Below, in pieces: positions 45,491-59,200 of a DNA stretch of 64,000 nucleotides; the first letter of the stretch is position 1; the number at the start of each line of letters is the position of its first letter. The notes below the pieces were generated by a model. The model was not told where the DNA came from, made no database searches, and saw only the letters and a program-made list of their open reading frames with translations. Origin of the DNA: Enoplolaimus lenunculus (taxonomy: Eukaryota); contig JASANG010003752.1 of the NCBI GenBank assembly GCA_030248215.1, positions 124,001 to 188,000 of the forward strand, written 5' to 3'. A program made the position numbers and the translations under genes.

Positions 45491-46898
45491 AATATCCGCA
45501 GTTCTGAGAGCGATCAAATATTAATATTTCAAGTTACCTTTGGAAACTTCCCAATTTCAAGACGTAGGTTCCGTCTTTATCCTTTTGAACTCGTATTCAA
45601 TGTTAAGTTTAATATTTAGAACATGAATTTGAGTTACCAAGGTATACTGTGCCAGATTTCTGGGACCCCAGGCGCTGCGTGTGTTAATACCTAAATTGCT
45701 AATGCGGTTTGCACACAGTTGACAATACGGCTCGCAATATTCGGCTGTGGTATGCAGATTAATATTTAAATCGTTGCTTGGTTTAAGGGTTACTTTTTAA
45801 TAAATAAATACTCTTGCAATATGTAACAGTAAAGTCAAATAGTATATCTTCGCGCATTAACCTTTTCACTCATAAGAGTATACTATGAGCAACTAATACA
45901 AAATATATACAAACAATACATACAATGTGGACTGTGTTTAACAATTCTAACATATATGCGCAGTGCAAAACATCGACAAGACTTGCGAGTTCGCACGGAC
46001 TCGAACATCAAGCACTTTCACGGAACTATTGCAGAATAAACTTAAGCTTATAGACTATTTTTGGTTAGGCTTATGCTTACACTGCAAAAAGTGGTGTGTC
46101 AAGTTGACTCTTTGCGAAAGAGGCTTTTCCTGAAAAAAGGGTAAGCAGAAAAGCAATCAGAGAGAGCACCCCCCTCAGTACTACACGAGGCAAGCTGAGA
46201 AATCTAACAAACTACGCCACGCCTCTCAAAGTACCAATAGCCGTCATGTCAGAAAGGGTTAATATATTGGTTAAAGCTTTGGCTTATATTTAAGCTTATG
46301 GGCACGCGAACAACTAATAGATTTTTAATTGCTTGGACGAGGTAAATAACAAAATCGCTACGATAAACTTTGTTTGTTCCTACACCTTGAGCCTTTACTT
46401 GCATCAGCACTGCACAGTATAAGAAGCTATGATGTTCATCAATTCGCCAAAAATATTTCAAGCAAAATATAGTCAGTCGTTTTAGAAGACAGTCTTTCAA
46501 AACAACTCTAATCTCAAAATAGAATTCGTTGTTGTGAAAAGTTTGCATAAATCCTGTAATCTTTTGTTCTGTAATGTAATTCGTTAACCTGTTATCGGCA
46601 AAGAGGTTTTACTTTATTAAGGGTATTAAATTTTAACAAGCAGCCCATGAAAGGGTCAGAGAGACGAGGTACATCTGTTTACGTATGAATCAGTTAGACC
46701 ACCTATCATCTGGCGGTTTCACGATTTGGTTCGAAATACTGGGGGCGGAAATTGTGTTTGTAAACTGAAAAAGGCCATGTGATACCGGGACGGCTAAAAC
46801 GCAATATTCAATTTGAACTTTCAAAAACTGTCATTTGCGTTAAATACATCAAGTATATATGCATTATAAGGTCTCACATATATTTTTATAATCTTTGA

Positions 46899-47092
46899 GA
46901 GCCATAAACGACAGGGCCAAAACGATTTCATGCGGGACTGCAATACAGTAAGCTTAAGCTTTAGACTATTTTTTTGTTTAACCTTAGGCTTATGCTTAGG
47001 TATAAGCTCATCCTTACGCTTAGGCTTAGGCATAGGCTTAGGCTTAAGAATATGCTTATACTACTGTTGCGGCCTTGTTCTATACACGGGTC
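46899..47092 (-). mobile_element. TTAGGC-carrying MITE
   Basis: Right end CCTTGTTCTATACACGGGTC, internal TTAGGC units, TSD ATCTTTGA/ATTTTTGA. Confidence 0.75.
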
Positions 47093-49740
47093 ATTTTTGA
47101 AATACAGCAAGATAAAAGAAAATTGTTCAAAATAAAAGATAATTGTTGTCGCGTTTTTAATCGAACAACTGCATAATCGTAAAATATGTATACCTGATCA
47201 TAACTCTGTAACCCATCAGAAATAGTAAAAATTATAGATTGTGCTTTACTCGAAATTGTAACAAAAATCAGGCCACACCTCAATCATTAGAGTTACGGCA
47301 CAAAAATCTTAAATAATCGCAGTCTTTATGCAGATATGAAAACTCCCTTGTGTATATTCATGAGCTCTATAATTTAGGAATATGCTCATTCTTACGCTTA
47401 CGATTAGGCTTAGGCTTAGGCTTAGGAATATGCTTTCAAAATTTATGCTTTTCAAAATCCTCGTTGATCGGTGAGAAAATCTGGCTGATTTAATCCGATT
47501 CAAGGTGCGATCTGGCCCGGGCTAAGGCCCGTGCGCCCTGGCCCAATTGTTGGGCCCACGGTCCTATGCGGGCATCGTACGGACGCGGGCGTCGGCCAAG
47601 AATTTGGTTCCGTTAGCCGAAATAAATTGGTGCAGTTTGTGACCTCTTTTTGTCCCATGAGCCCATGAAATAGACCGCTTGTGTGCTGCACTGTGCAATA
47701 TTTGGTGAAATATGAAAAATAGTGTGACGTTTATATGGTTTGATGAGCGCGGAACAACCATGCCTCGATTACGTTATTCCCTTTATTATTTTCAAACGAT
47801 GTTTCTTATACACCAGTGAAACATTACACTTCATATTTCTAAAACGCAACAGAACCCAAATCATCTGAATCGCTTTATCTCACCACACGAGCTGTTTAGA
47901 ATACAACTGTAACCAAAGTAGTTTCAGCTAATGATTCAATCATATAACATTGACCACAATGATAAACAGTTGGTAACATTTCAGATTTCAGCCAAAAGTT
48001 TTAAAATCGAAATGTAAAATCTCATTAAAAACGAACGGTGTATAAAAGTTAACTAAAGGTTGCAATTCAAAATACGCACAAAAATTTCTTAACGTTTAAC
48101 AAAACACAAGATCCTATAAGATAAATCAGCTGTCGACTACAACCATTTCTCACTAACGATAAAAACCCTGTTCCTGTTATCAGAGCTTTTGGCTCACCGT
48201 ATGCACTGGCTTCAGCCCAAGTTACTTTAAGGGACGCCCAGGTTTCTGGTGGGTTTATAAATCAGTAGGTTTAGATTCTAGATTACATTTTTTGCTTAGG
48301 CTTAGGAACACATTTTTGCAAAAATTAGGCTTTAGGCTTACGAATACGCTTAATCTACTGTTACGCCCCTAAAAGTTCTACATTGGCCATATTTTCTATA
48401 ACTCACGGCAGTGCTGCTGTTTTTGATATTTACGAAGCAAATATTTGAAGTTTATGAAAAACTGTCGCATGTAAAATCACGCGATTGGCTAAAATTATTT
48501 AAAACGCAGATAAGTCTTTATATATACATCGTGAGCGTAGGTGATATCTTTAACTTAGATCCTCACGTAAGGTTTCCATGGCTAACGATATGATCAGAGC
48601 AAACCTTCGACAGAGGGTAGGCTAATGTTTTACTCAAATTTTTCCAAACTTTTCATTCGTCAGTCAAATTTAAATTTTTGTGAAAGTTTGCATCTCAAGC
48701 ACATCAGGCCTGCTGACACCCAACTCACAAAAAATACCGTATGAGTAAAAACACAGCACAATCTGTGTTGGTAAAATATGCAATACACAGTGTTGAAGAG
48801 TTTTGTTTTTATACGGACGTACAAACGCGAAAAATATCTCAACGGGAAGTGATAGTTGTCTCGGACTTGCGGGTTATTCCAAAGGACCAAATTGATCATA
48901 CCGTATATTTGAGACAGCTTGTAAAGTAAGTTCAAATTTGAAAGCGCTGGTTTATTACCTGCTTGCTAAAAACATATACTTAAAATTAAGTAAAAGTGCA
49001 GTTGCCGAATTATGTGTCGGTTTTACATACTCCGGTGTTTGGAAAAGTTGTACTTAATTTAAAGCAAACACAAAATTCATAGCTTTACATTTACTTAATT
49101 ATACTCAAGAAATAACAGCAGTAGATATTTTATTTACATTAATTAAACAAAGATTTACTCAATATTAAGTACCCTTATAATGAAAAAAGTTAGTAAAAGC
49201 ATATATTTTAAGTAGAGTGTTTTTAAAGAGTGTCTGATCCACTAATGTATTGCAGTCTACGCAGCTTGTATAAATCACGCTTACACAGGCTGTATACGAA
49301 AAAATATCAAATGTTGAACATTTAAAACTGACTATTTAGATTCAACGAAACACGATCGCCCAATCTTCTTCACGTTATAAAATTTACACTAAACTTAGCA
49401 AAAATGTGTTAATTAAATAGCAAGCATATATAAAGAGCTTTTCAAAGAAGTTTCGTTTGTAACCGACGTCTTTATGAGATGGCTTTTCAGGTTTTCATGT
49501 TGAGATTCAGGTCAAAGTGATATACTAATTGTAAAAGATAATCTGTTTTCACGTTTAATCGGATTGTCATACCTTAATGCGTAATGATATTGATTAGAAC
49601 TGCGAAGAGGTGTATACTTACCATAAAATTTTGAGATAACTTTTCAGCGTTGCTAATATATAACTGTTCGTTTTTAACGGCTGCTTGTAAACAACACAAG
49701 TATATGGAATAAAACAGCATGGATTGAATAAACCAAAATC

Positions 49741-50289
49741 GGCCCATGTAAAGATCAGGGGCGGAACGTTTTTCAGTAGTAAGCTTAAGCTTTTACACTG
49801 CAACAAATGGTGAGTCAAACTGACTCTCTCCGAAATAGGCTGAACGGGACTACACCAATTGAGTCAAATTCGACTCCGCCAGAGTCAAACGTGCGACTCA
49901 ATGAGTCGAATTTGACTCTGGCTGAGTCCAATTGGACTCAAATTGTGTAGTCCCTTCGGAGAGAGTCAAATTTGACTCACCATTTTTTTCAGTGTAGACT
50001 TATTTGTTGCCTAGCTTAATAGGCTTAAGCTGAGGCTTTGGAATATGCTCATTATTACGTTTAGGCTTAGACTTACGCTTTGGCGTAGGCTTAGGCTTAG
50101 GCTTAGGCTTAGGAATAAACTCATTCTTACGCTTAGGCTTATGCGTAGGGTCAGGCTTAGGCTTAACCTTAAGCTTAGGCTTAGGCTTAGGAATAAACTC
50201 ATCCTTACGCTTAGGTTTAGGCTTAGGCTTAGGCTTAGGCTTAGAAATACGCTTATAATACTGTTCCAACCCTGTTCTTTACATTGACC
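49741..50289 (-). mobile_element. TTAGGC-carrying MITE with expanded repeats and nested CACTG MITE (49796-49994)
   Basis: GGCCCATGTAAAGATCAGGG / CCCTGTTCTTTACATTGACC; inner TA|CACTG...CAGTG|TA; more than 20 TTAGGC-like units at 50010-50245. Confidence 0.85.
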
Positions 50290-51085
50290 GAAGCTGTCAA
50301 CAAACTGCTTGTGAGCCCGTTTGGCAACAACATAATTAACAGCTGCAGCTAATTTCTGGCGATTTATTTGCCGTTTCTTGAAATCGTTGGTGATTGGTTT
50401 TTAATAAATAACAAGTTAGGACAAAATACTCAGTAGTTTTTAATGGACAATGCCCATATACTTAAAAGCCTCAGGCACCGACACCAATTTCTGTCCAATA
50501 ACAATAAAATTTACTCTAGGGGTACCCGGAGTATAAAGTTTCGGGTTGCCGAAACCCAAGAGTCTAAAAGCTTCCAAAAATTTGATTTTTTCGCAGAATT
50601 TGAATAATGATATATTTGATACAAAGTTTAAAGCCTTTTATGTCTTAAACTAGATTCCAGACGTATATGTCTTGAATCAAAGACAGGTCCTGAAATTTTT
50701 CAAAAATCTGTGTCTGAAATTTTTAACACTTCAAAGTTTTAAATTTAAGAGTGTTTCATATACGATTAAAACAAGTTTATCTGAAATATAGGAAAAATAG
50801 GGAGCAAAGCTCAACCAAATTCTCAAATTTTACAACTTTAGATCCGTCCAAGACGTAAAGTGGACGCTGAGCTCTACCCGAAATATCTTTGAAATTCAAT
50901 TTCTCTGAATATAAACAGAGCAGCTTTACGTACGTAAAAATCGTAAAATAAATTTTTGCTGTTTCTTGAAAGAAAGAAATTTGTTTCTTTGTAAATTGTA
51001 ATTTCTTGTATATAAGACATTTATGTTTTAACCGTTTCAGACACAAAGTTCTGAGCTGTTTAAGGCTATTAATACGTTTTAGGTA

Positions 51086-51456
51086 CTGTAGTGGCTATAG
51101 AATAATAGGCGGAGACTGATAATTATTTGGCCTCTCCAGAGGCACCCCCTGTTATTTGGTTACGTACTGTTATTTATTTTTAACCCACGATATACTGCAC
51201 CTATCCGTTAAACTAAACGTTTATTTCTCTTGTGTTTAATAGCTTGTGCGATAATGCAAAGCTACACTTAAAAATCTAACTGGAGCTATTTATGCACTAC
51301 AATTAGGGATAATTCACATTTATGGGCTCTAATTAGGGTTTAGGGACTCTATCCGCTCCAGACTCTTATTTGGGATACGGGCTCCAATTAACAATTGAGA
51401 CTCAAAATTGGGACCCCCTCTTATTACCCCTCATCCTCATATTTGGGTCACTACAG
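51086..51456. mobile_element. MITE with CTGTAGTG TIRs, TA flanks
   Basis: TA|CTGTAGTG ... CACTACAG|TA; reverse-orientation homolog of 42611-43045. Confidence 0.72.
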
Positions 51457-52118
51457 TATTGCCATAAAAATATCCAATTTAAATTTTGTTCAACCAAAAA
51501 CTAAATTCAAATAATTTTTAGAGCACGAAATCGACAACTTGGCAGCCGACGGGGAAGACTGGAAGGCGTTCGGTGAAATAGAGTCAGGAGCCGGAGGCCT
51601 ATTTTCTGCCGGAGCCGGAGTCGGATGCAGACGTCCAGTTGTACACTGATGTTTTTGTGCGTACTTGCTGCGGCAAAACTTAAAATAGAGCGATTTTTGC
51701 ACCTGTGAACACAACTGTCAGTTGCTCGTCAATGGTCAATTCAAACATCACACATATTATTCGGGTGATAAAGATTAGCGATGGAACGTTTTTCTGCGGG
51801 ATTGCAATAGTGTAAAGCTTTAAAACTTCTCCACTCGAGGTTGTTTTCGTTAATGTGTTCAGAACCTTTTATGATTCTGGACAGTCGCAAGGGTGTGGTT
51901 CTCTAAAAAATCCCGTGGTAACAAGCATAGCTAGTTTGGTCACATGTATTTTATGTTAGGTGTGGATTGCTATGCGCTCCTCAGTTTTTGGTGAAGTGAA
52001 TTGGATTCGCTGGATATTAAACTGCGTGTATATCGAGTATTTGAGTATTAGGAGTGAGTCCAAACCATTGGAAAACCATCTTTGCGTTTTGGTGGATTGT
52101 GCTATTCGGCAAACTAGC

Positions 52119-52620
52119 TGTCAGTCTATGTAAGAATCGAACCTTCAGACCTTTTTGACTAAGGCGTGGTTCCAACTAGCGGCTTTAGGATTCCGTGGCA
52201 AACGCTCTACCACTGCAGTACGCAGCCCGCCTCTTCTGTCAGTCTAGGTAGGAACCGGAACATCAGACCTTTCTACTAAGCAGCTGGAAATCGAGCCTCC
52301 GGAGCGGGGATCGAACTCTCAGCCTACCGATCCTTAAAAGAACACTATATCGCTGCGCCACGCAGCCCGCCGCCACGCAGCCGGCCTCTCCAACTGCATT
52401 GTTCGTCGACTATATGTGTCGACCGTATGCTGAAAGCAAGCATACAACACAATGTGCGTTGCATTTATTGCATATGCACCAGGACAAGCATGACTCACAT
52501 GCTTACAACTTTTATCGTCGACTGGAATTCTCGACCGTATGGTGCCAGCAAGTATACTGCACTATGTGCATTGCCTATATCGCATATGCACCAAAACAAG
52601 CAGATCTCACAAGTTTACAA
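52119..52620 (-). mobile_element. cluster of composite hairpin + tRNA-like element copies and fragments
   Basis: Reverse complement of the 41165-41420 element at 52237-52508, an extra tandem leader module at ~52511-52620, and fragments at 52119-52234. Confidence 0.75.
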
Positions 52621-53238
52621 TGGCTTGTTTTTGTTTGCTGTATACATGTGCTGAACTTTTTCAGCATTTTCGTTGTATATAACACGTATATCTCTTAAAA
52701 GTAATACATACCCACATTGGATGCAGTAACAATGACAGACGAGCAAAGTGGAAGTGGCAGCAGGTAAAGTACAGGGAAGGTGTTAGGATAGTCGGGTTCC
52801 CCAACCAGTTCCGGCTCCTCCAGCTAAATATTTCATATCTGTATAACTTTGTGATCCGCAAAAAATTTACTTTGCCAAGATTGGGCTTCCAAGGGTCGGG
52901 GCTCCCCCCAATTCGGCGGTTTGGGGGCGCTTCCGCCGACACTGGTAACGTAGTCTTGTAGTTGCATCAGCCATTCTCGTTTCATCTGTGTTCCACAAGT
53001 TACAGAAGTCATCGATTCTGTTGCTGTGTGTATAGTTTTTAACTGCTGAGGCCAGGCTAATGAAATCGACTGGCAAAGCGTACGTAAATGTAGAAACTGC
53101 ATCTACTCGGTTTTTATAATTCCAATTTGATATCTTAGTTGTGTGTAACAAAACACAACATATCTGTTAAGGAATTGTTAGCTAGTAAGTATATTCCATG
53201 TCATCGCCAGGTTTGTTTTTAGCCGTGTTGAAATTGTA

Positions 53239-56200
53239 ATGTCTGATGAATCTGAAACTGCAAACAATTCTGTTAGTCGCGAGGAAAAAGTTGATACGTC
53301 TCCAAACAACCCCTTTGAAGTCTTGCGAGAAAACAGTGCCGCAACCGGGTCTTCAGGCGAAGGTAAGGTAGACAACATGCCGTTCTTGCAATTACTCAAG
53401 TCGCTTAAGTTTGATTGTGAAACAGTTAGCACTACTGTTTCAAATAGCAGTTTGGCCTAGGCCGAATAGCGATTGTGAGATCCGAATAGCGATTGTGAGA
53501 TGTCGGAAAACAACAGTGATGTAAGACCAACGCTGATTGGCTAACGTATTGTTTCTTCCCAAATAATCAAATCTGATTTTCATAAGTCCAATAGCAGTTT
53601 AGCCCAGACCAAACTGTTATCAGCAGGTGCAACCGGAATTCTGGTTTCGCCACTTTTTCACCTTCCGGTTCCGGTAGATTTTTACCGGAAATAAAAATTT
53701 CGGTATAAATATTTGGTCGGTATAAATTAAGATATTTTTGCAAACCTTGAAAATCGCGAAAATAAACCATCGAAAGTAGATTTCGCTTCCGTGGATTGTG
53801 AAAATCTAAAATACATCAGATAAAGTGAAGACTTATTTCCTACTTTGGCTATTTCACCAATAATATTGCAAAAATAAAATTAAAATTAATTTTTCGGTGG
53901 CATGTATTTTTCATGTTCCGATTCCGTATCAGGTAATTATTTCAAATTCCGGTTCCCGTTTTGGTTCCTGGAAATTGTAATTCCGGTTCACCCTGGCGAT
54001 CACATAAAATAGCAAATTGGCCCAGGTTAATTAGCAATTGACTTGAATAGCAATTTGGCCTACGACTATATCACTACCGTCCGATCTGGAAACCATTATA
54101 TCTGTTGCGTTTGTTATTGAAAAAATTGAAATTAGAGATGAACCGAGGTTGGCCCCGTCCCATTAGCAACTCTAATTGAAATGAACCATTCGTATAAAAA
54201 TACAACCGTTTATGGTTGCTATTTTTTAAGTATTCCTGTATATAATAATGTAATGTAATCCTACCTTATCTTTGAGCATCACGCACATATTGGAATCAGG
54301 CCGCGTCAGCATCGGTAAAAGTTTTGATATCTCGTCACTCTCACTAATGTACATAACAGGTTTCAATCAGGAACTGCATTTCACCGAAGCAGTAACAGGA
54401 ACCGAAACGACTTGTAAATATATTACACCTCCGAATTCCTGCTAATTCATTATAATTCAGAATAAAATATGCTGTTCTTCAACTGTCATTTCAAACATCA
54501 GTAATCTGCAAACGAAACACAATTTGTAAAACGAATCTGAGCTGCAACAAAATCACCCCCGTTTCAGCCCCTCCACTAAAGATTACTCGCCTCGGTTAAT
54601 TTTGCGTTCCTTACTTTTTTAGGAAAAAACATTATCAGTATGAATTAAAGATACCCTCTCCTCTCAATCATTTGTAGGCGTAACTAAACACTGGCTAGTA
54701 CAACTGACACTATTGAAAATTCTGCAACCCCCAACTCAGAAATCCTCCCGGTTGCGAACCGGGGATCCCCGGTTGATGCCCCAACTCCTCCGCGACACAG
54801 TGATGGCACAGAATACATCTTAGGTCCAAGCAAAGCACCAAATACATAGTTTAATAAAAGCATTTGATTTACTTGTTTAATTTATACATTTTGAAGGACC
54901 TGGTTGGTTTTAGCTTCCGTAACTCCCTCGGCTGAACTAATGGATTTCGGAAACTTTGAAAGGTATGTTGACATATAGCAAAACTTTTTATGTACGTATT
55001 CTTATGTTGATATATAGCAAAAATTTTGTGTATGTATTCTTGGATTAGATGATAATTTTTTATGGTTGATTCTAAGAAACGGTGGTCAAGTAATATACAC
55101 AAGACGAGAAATCATAGAAGTTTGTGATCAAGGTGTGAATATGTATTTTATGTATATATCTTGTTTAGTAAAACATTTTTCACTTTTATCTCTGAAAACT
55201 AATTCATTATCTCAGCTTTGCAAGGGCAAATTATTGTGCTTTCTGATTTCAGCAAAGACGCTACTCAGCTCATGGATTCAGACTCAGGGATTGAAACAGT
55301 CGAAATGGAAGATGGCGATGGTCACAGTTCTGCTGCGATGGAATCAATGGGAACAAGGGTACGTTAGGATTGTCCGTTTTCAGTTTATATTGGGTTTTGC
55401 TGTTAAGTGAGTGCAGTGCCTCTTGTTAATTACTGGGAAATCGTGCTATGTTTTCGTGTATCTGTAATGTATTTAGTCGCGCAACATTCACATGGGTTGG
55501 GTTTGCGAAATCTTATGTACGCATTTATTTTATTTATGCTTCAGTACTTGATTAAGTAAATGCTTAATTCTTGGCACCAATATATATTATATAAATGCTA
55601 AATTTGACCTATTGTCTGAAGTAGAGAGCCATCGTTTATTTTTCATATTAAGAAGGTAACCACGAGCCTAAAATCTCAATAAGACAATGTTAATATGCCT
55701 GAACTGATAGTCTGTAGCAGTGTAGTGCCGAATCCACAATTTGACCGAATCGAATTTTTTTGAAATTTCCATTGATTTTTTGGATCAGACTAGCAACTTA
55801 ATAAATAACATTGCTTTTATACCTACAAGGCTGATAACATTTATTATCGCAGCAGATCTATTTTCCGTTAGAACTGAGATTTGTGACCAGAAACAAAAAA
55901 TATTGATTCGCAACAGAATCCGAATCGTCAATTTTTCCCGAACCCCAATCGGAACTTTTGTTGCCCCCTGGTTTGTGGTACATCAAATTTCGTCTGTGAC
56001 TTAAGTTTTTGTTTACTTTAAGTAAGCTTCTATAAACGATGAACAGGTGTTTTAGGAAGATTTCATAAACCCAGCCAACAACGCCTATGTTGATATATAA
56101 AGATATATGTTAGATTGTAATTTTCTATTTGAATGTCAACTGACCAAGAGTGTCTGGCATCCTGTTTTTTACGTTTGTATCACATGCTAGAAATTTCAAA

Positions 56201-59200
56201 TTTTGATTATGCTTTTGACTTCACCATGTCGTGACTTTTATAATTAATAGTTGCTCAATTAAAATTATAGCATCTCTTGTGCTACTGAATAAAGTGACTT
56301 CCAATTTACAGGAAAATGCGGCCATAGTCAGTGCTGTGGTTACGCGTGTTCAAGAGACGCTATTGCTTGTACTTAACGTTAGTGAATTAACTGAAACGTC
56401 CATAGACCCAGCGAGCGGAACAGTTGATAATAATAGATCTGGTGTTAAATGTGACTTGGCCAGTGTCAGAGATCGAATTCTACGGTTGGATGAACAAGAT
56501 TTACGAGACGAAGGTCGGTTACTGGAAAACGTGCAATATTGTGGATCGTTTCGTAATTTTATGTTTTCTGTCTTTTATCCTTTTTATTCGAGCTGTAACG
56601 TCTACGTACCAGCGAGGTCTACACCGAAATGTAATTTTTAAATGTCCTACGACAGAGATTAGTTAATATTTTTAATTAGTGTTGTATTGTATATATAGTT
56701 GTCGCTGTTATGCTTTGGCTTTTTTGTTCAGGATGTGTTGCTAGTTTGATTCAAGAGCTGCTCATTGATGTTATTGAAAAGTTGTTGCAGTCGTCAGCTA
56801 AACAATTATTTTCTCGCAGTGATTCAGCTCAGGTTTCGTTGAGTTGTTCGCCATCGAAAGATTATTCATTTATTTCAAATCAGTATGTTTGCGCTTGGTT
56901 TTATTTGTGTTTTGTTAAATATGGACTGTTTTTGATTTTTGAGTTCTGCAGACAGCTGGTAAATGAAACGTGCAATTGAGAGGGGTATGAAGATTACTAG
57001 CATGGAATGAGGAATGCTGACAAAATGTTCCGGCTGAGACGGTGAACTGAGCACGTACTTTTAAAAGCGGCATCCCGTCGGTTGTTGTGTAGAAGCGCAT
57101 CTGTTAAGTGCGGTGTATGGAGGGTCCTTTGAGAAAGTATAACAATGCATACCGTTTTTCTTTCAGTTTGAAAGTGTTCAATGTTTCAAGTTTTATTTTT
57201 ATTTTCAAGGATAGTGATTTACATTCGTTTTTAAAATTTTGGTTCGGGCGGCAGTTTGTGGTTGTATTGGTATCTACAGTTACTGCTTTATAATTTTGAT
57301 TTGGTTTACGACAATCGACAAGATATTTTGCTAAAATATGTTTTTTGGTGATTTTTCAGGTATCCAATGATGGGTCCCGGCGGCTCGCGACAAAATGATG
57401 CACCTATGTTGCAAGAAATTGCATCAGTCGCCGGTTCGAAAGAACTTGAATTGTTCAATTATTTACGGGATGTGTATTTTCGGACGCAAGAAGAACACAG
57501 ACGCGCTGTGCAACAAACAGACTCAGATGAGGTATTATCTTGTGTGGGGCTTGAGTTTAAGTCTTTTCGTCTTGAAAACATACAGCATAACAAGTGATAA
57601 TGAATGAATCGAATATTCGAGTTTATAAATGAATAAGAGGTTTTTCACTATTCTGAGTTATGTATAACACTTATCATCAGTTAACGGCAGATTTTAAATA
57701 ACGTGGAATTATATAGTTCTAAGATATGTAAAAGTTCGAAGGCACATTTTTGGCGATCGGCGTATAAAAGTCATTACATAATACAAACCGTGTACAACAG
57801 CAAAGCAGATACTCTTAGATGGATTTCTACTTTTTGTTTCAGATTTCGGAAAAATGGAATCTGGTCGTGTCAATGCTTCGGTCTCAATCTGTACAGTTCA
57901 TTATTTTGTTGTTTCAAGGATGCTTTAGCGACCTGTCCACGTTAGTTTTTTTGTGTTTTGTGGCACTGGGTGGATTCTACGGGATATAAAAATATCAGAA
58001 CACGATATAATTTAAATGTATGTTTCGACAAAAAGTATATAATACTTAATCAAGGTAATTTAGTATTAGTTTTGATATATGTAATTTGTTATAATTTTGT
58101 TCCTGCAGTTGTTTTTGTAAAGTCTCTGGATTTGACTGGTTTCGATCTCGGTCTCGGAAAAAACCGGCTTCTTTTTGCCTCGGGCATCTGGAAAAATCTT
58201 TCTTCCCAGCTCACTCTCGCTCTAAATTAAGCTAACGAATTGGCAGATTTATGATTGTCTTTTCTCTTAGATAGCGTACTTGGTTCGTATAAGCACCTTT
58301 CCCGTACTTGTAGTGATAACTGTTGTAGTCAAGTAACAAATATGCCATCTGGGTTTTCAGGAATAACCCATGTTTTTCATCGCTCTTTTTGTACACTTTT
58401 GCGCATGGATTACTGCCAAATGGACTGGTGGAAAATGTGATGCAGGCAGTGCAAAAAGATGAAGAATTCGATACGGTAAATACGTAACAGAAAAGCAGTG
58501 AACATAATATATTGTAATATTTTCATTACAAATAATTGGTCATACAGCGTTGTAACTGGATGGACTTTGATTTTTTGTAGTTCGTAAAGCAAAGGCTTTT
58601 GTTTTTAAGGATCATGTATTGTCAGGGAAAGGGATTCAAGTTACTTGTGAAAAGTGGGTTATAATAAAAATAAAAGCACATTGTACTACTAATTAGAACA
58701 CTAAACTTGTTCAGAAATTGTTAAATTTTGAAAATGAAATTTGCGGAATAGATACAGATTTTATTAACAAGTTTAAGCTAATAGTTTCCAACAGTTGTGA
58801 GTCCACATTTTCTTTTAAAAGATTTAGGTTCGGATATTTAAATATTTACTTTGTTTGTCTGTGATAGGTGTTTATGCCTTTGCTCGAAGGCGTTATTCGT
58901 GTGATGAGAGATTCAGACTTGGCGTCAAATCAATTTCGGCAACCTTTGCTGGTGCTTGGCGAGTTGTGTGAAACTAAAGTGGCACAAAATCGACCATTCT
59001 GTGATATGGTATGTCTAGTTGGAAACGGTAGTGACAAACCGTATAAATTTTTTGGCCGCTTTTGCATTGTCAATATATATACTTTTCAGTTTTTAAGTTT
59101 AAGTTGTTTCGGTGTTTTCCTAGAAGCCAACGGATTTCGATTCAAAACAAGCTTCGAGTCGATAAAAGTCGGAAACAGCTTTGAAAAACTTGGTACTTGG

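Noticed and set aside
46249..48935. Short ORFs as possible transposase remnants or an extra gene
   Set aside because: No motif could be recognised by eye; a BLASTX search would be needed.
50010..50245. True telomere or chromosome-fusion scar
   Set aside because: The repeats are short, interrupted and enclosed by MITE TIRs, and occur in both orientations across the window.
50000..50287. PKPKPK / LRLRLR / SLSLSL ORFs (also near 21830-22243, 32201-32641, 46821-47033)
   Set aside because: These are translations of (TTAGGC)n inside MITEs, not proteins.
54678..54823. Candidate extra UBE4B exon after TTGTAG
   Set aside because: The in-phase reading ends at TAG, and exon 1 joins cleanly to 54914 without it.
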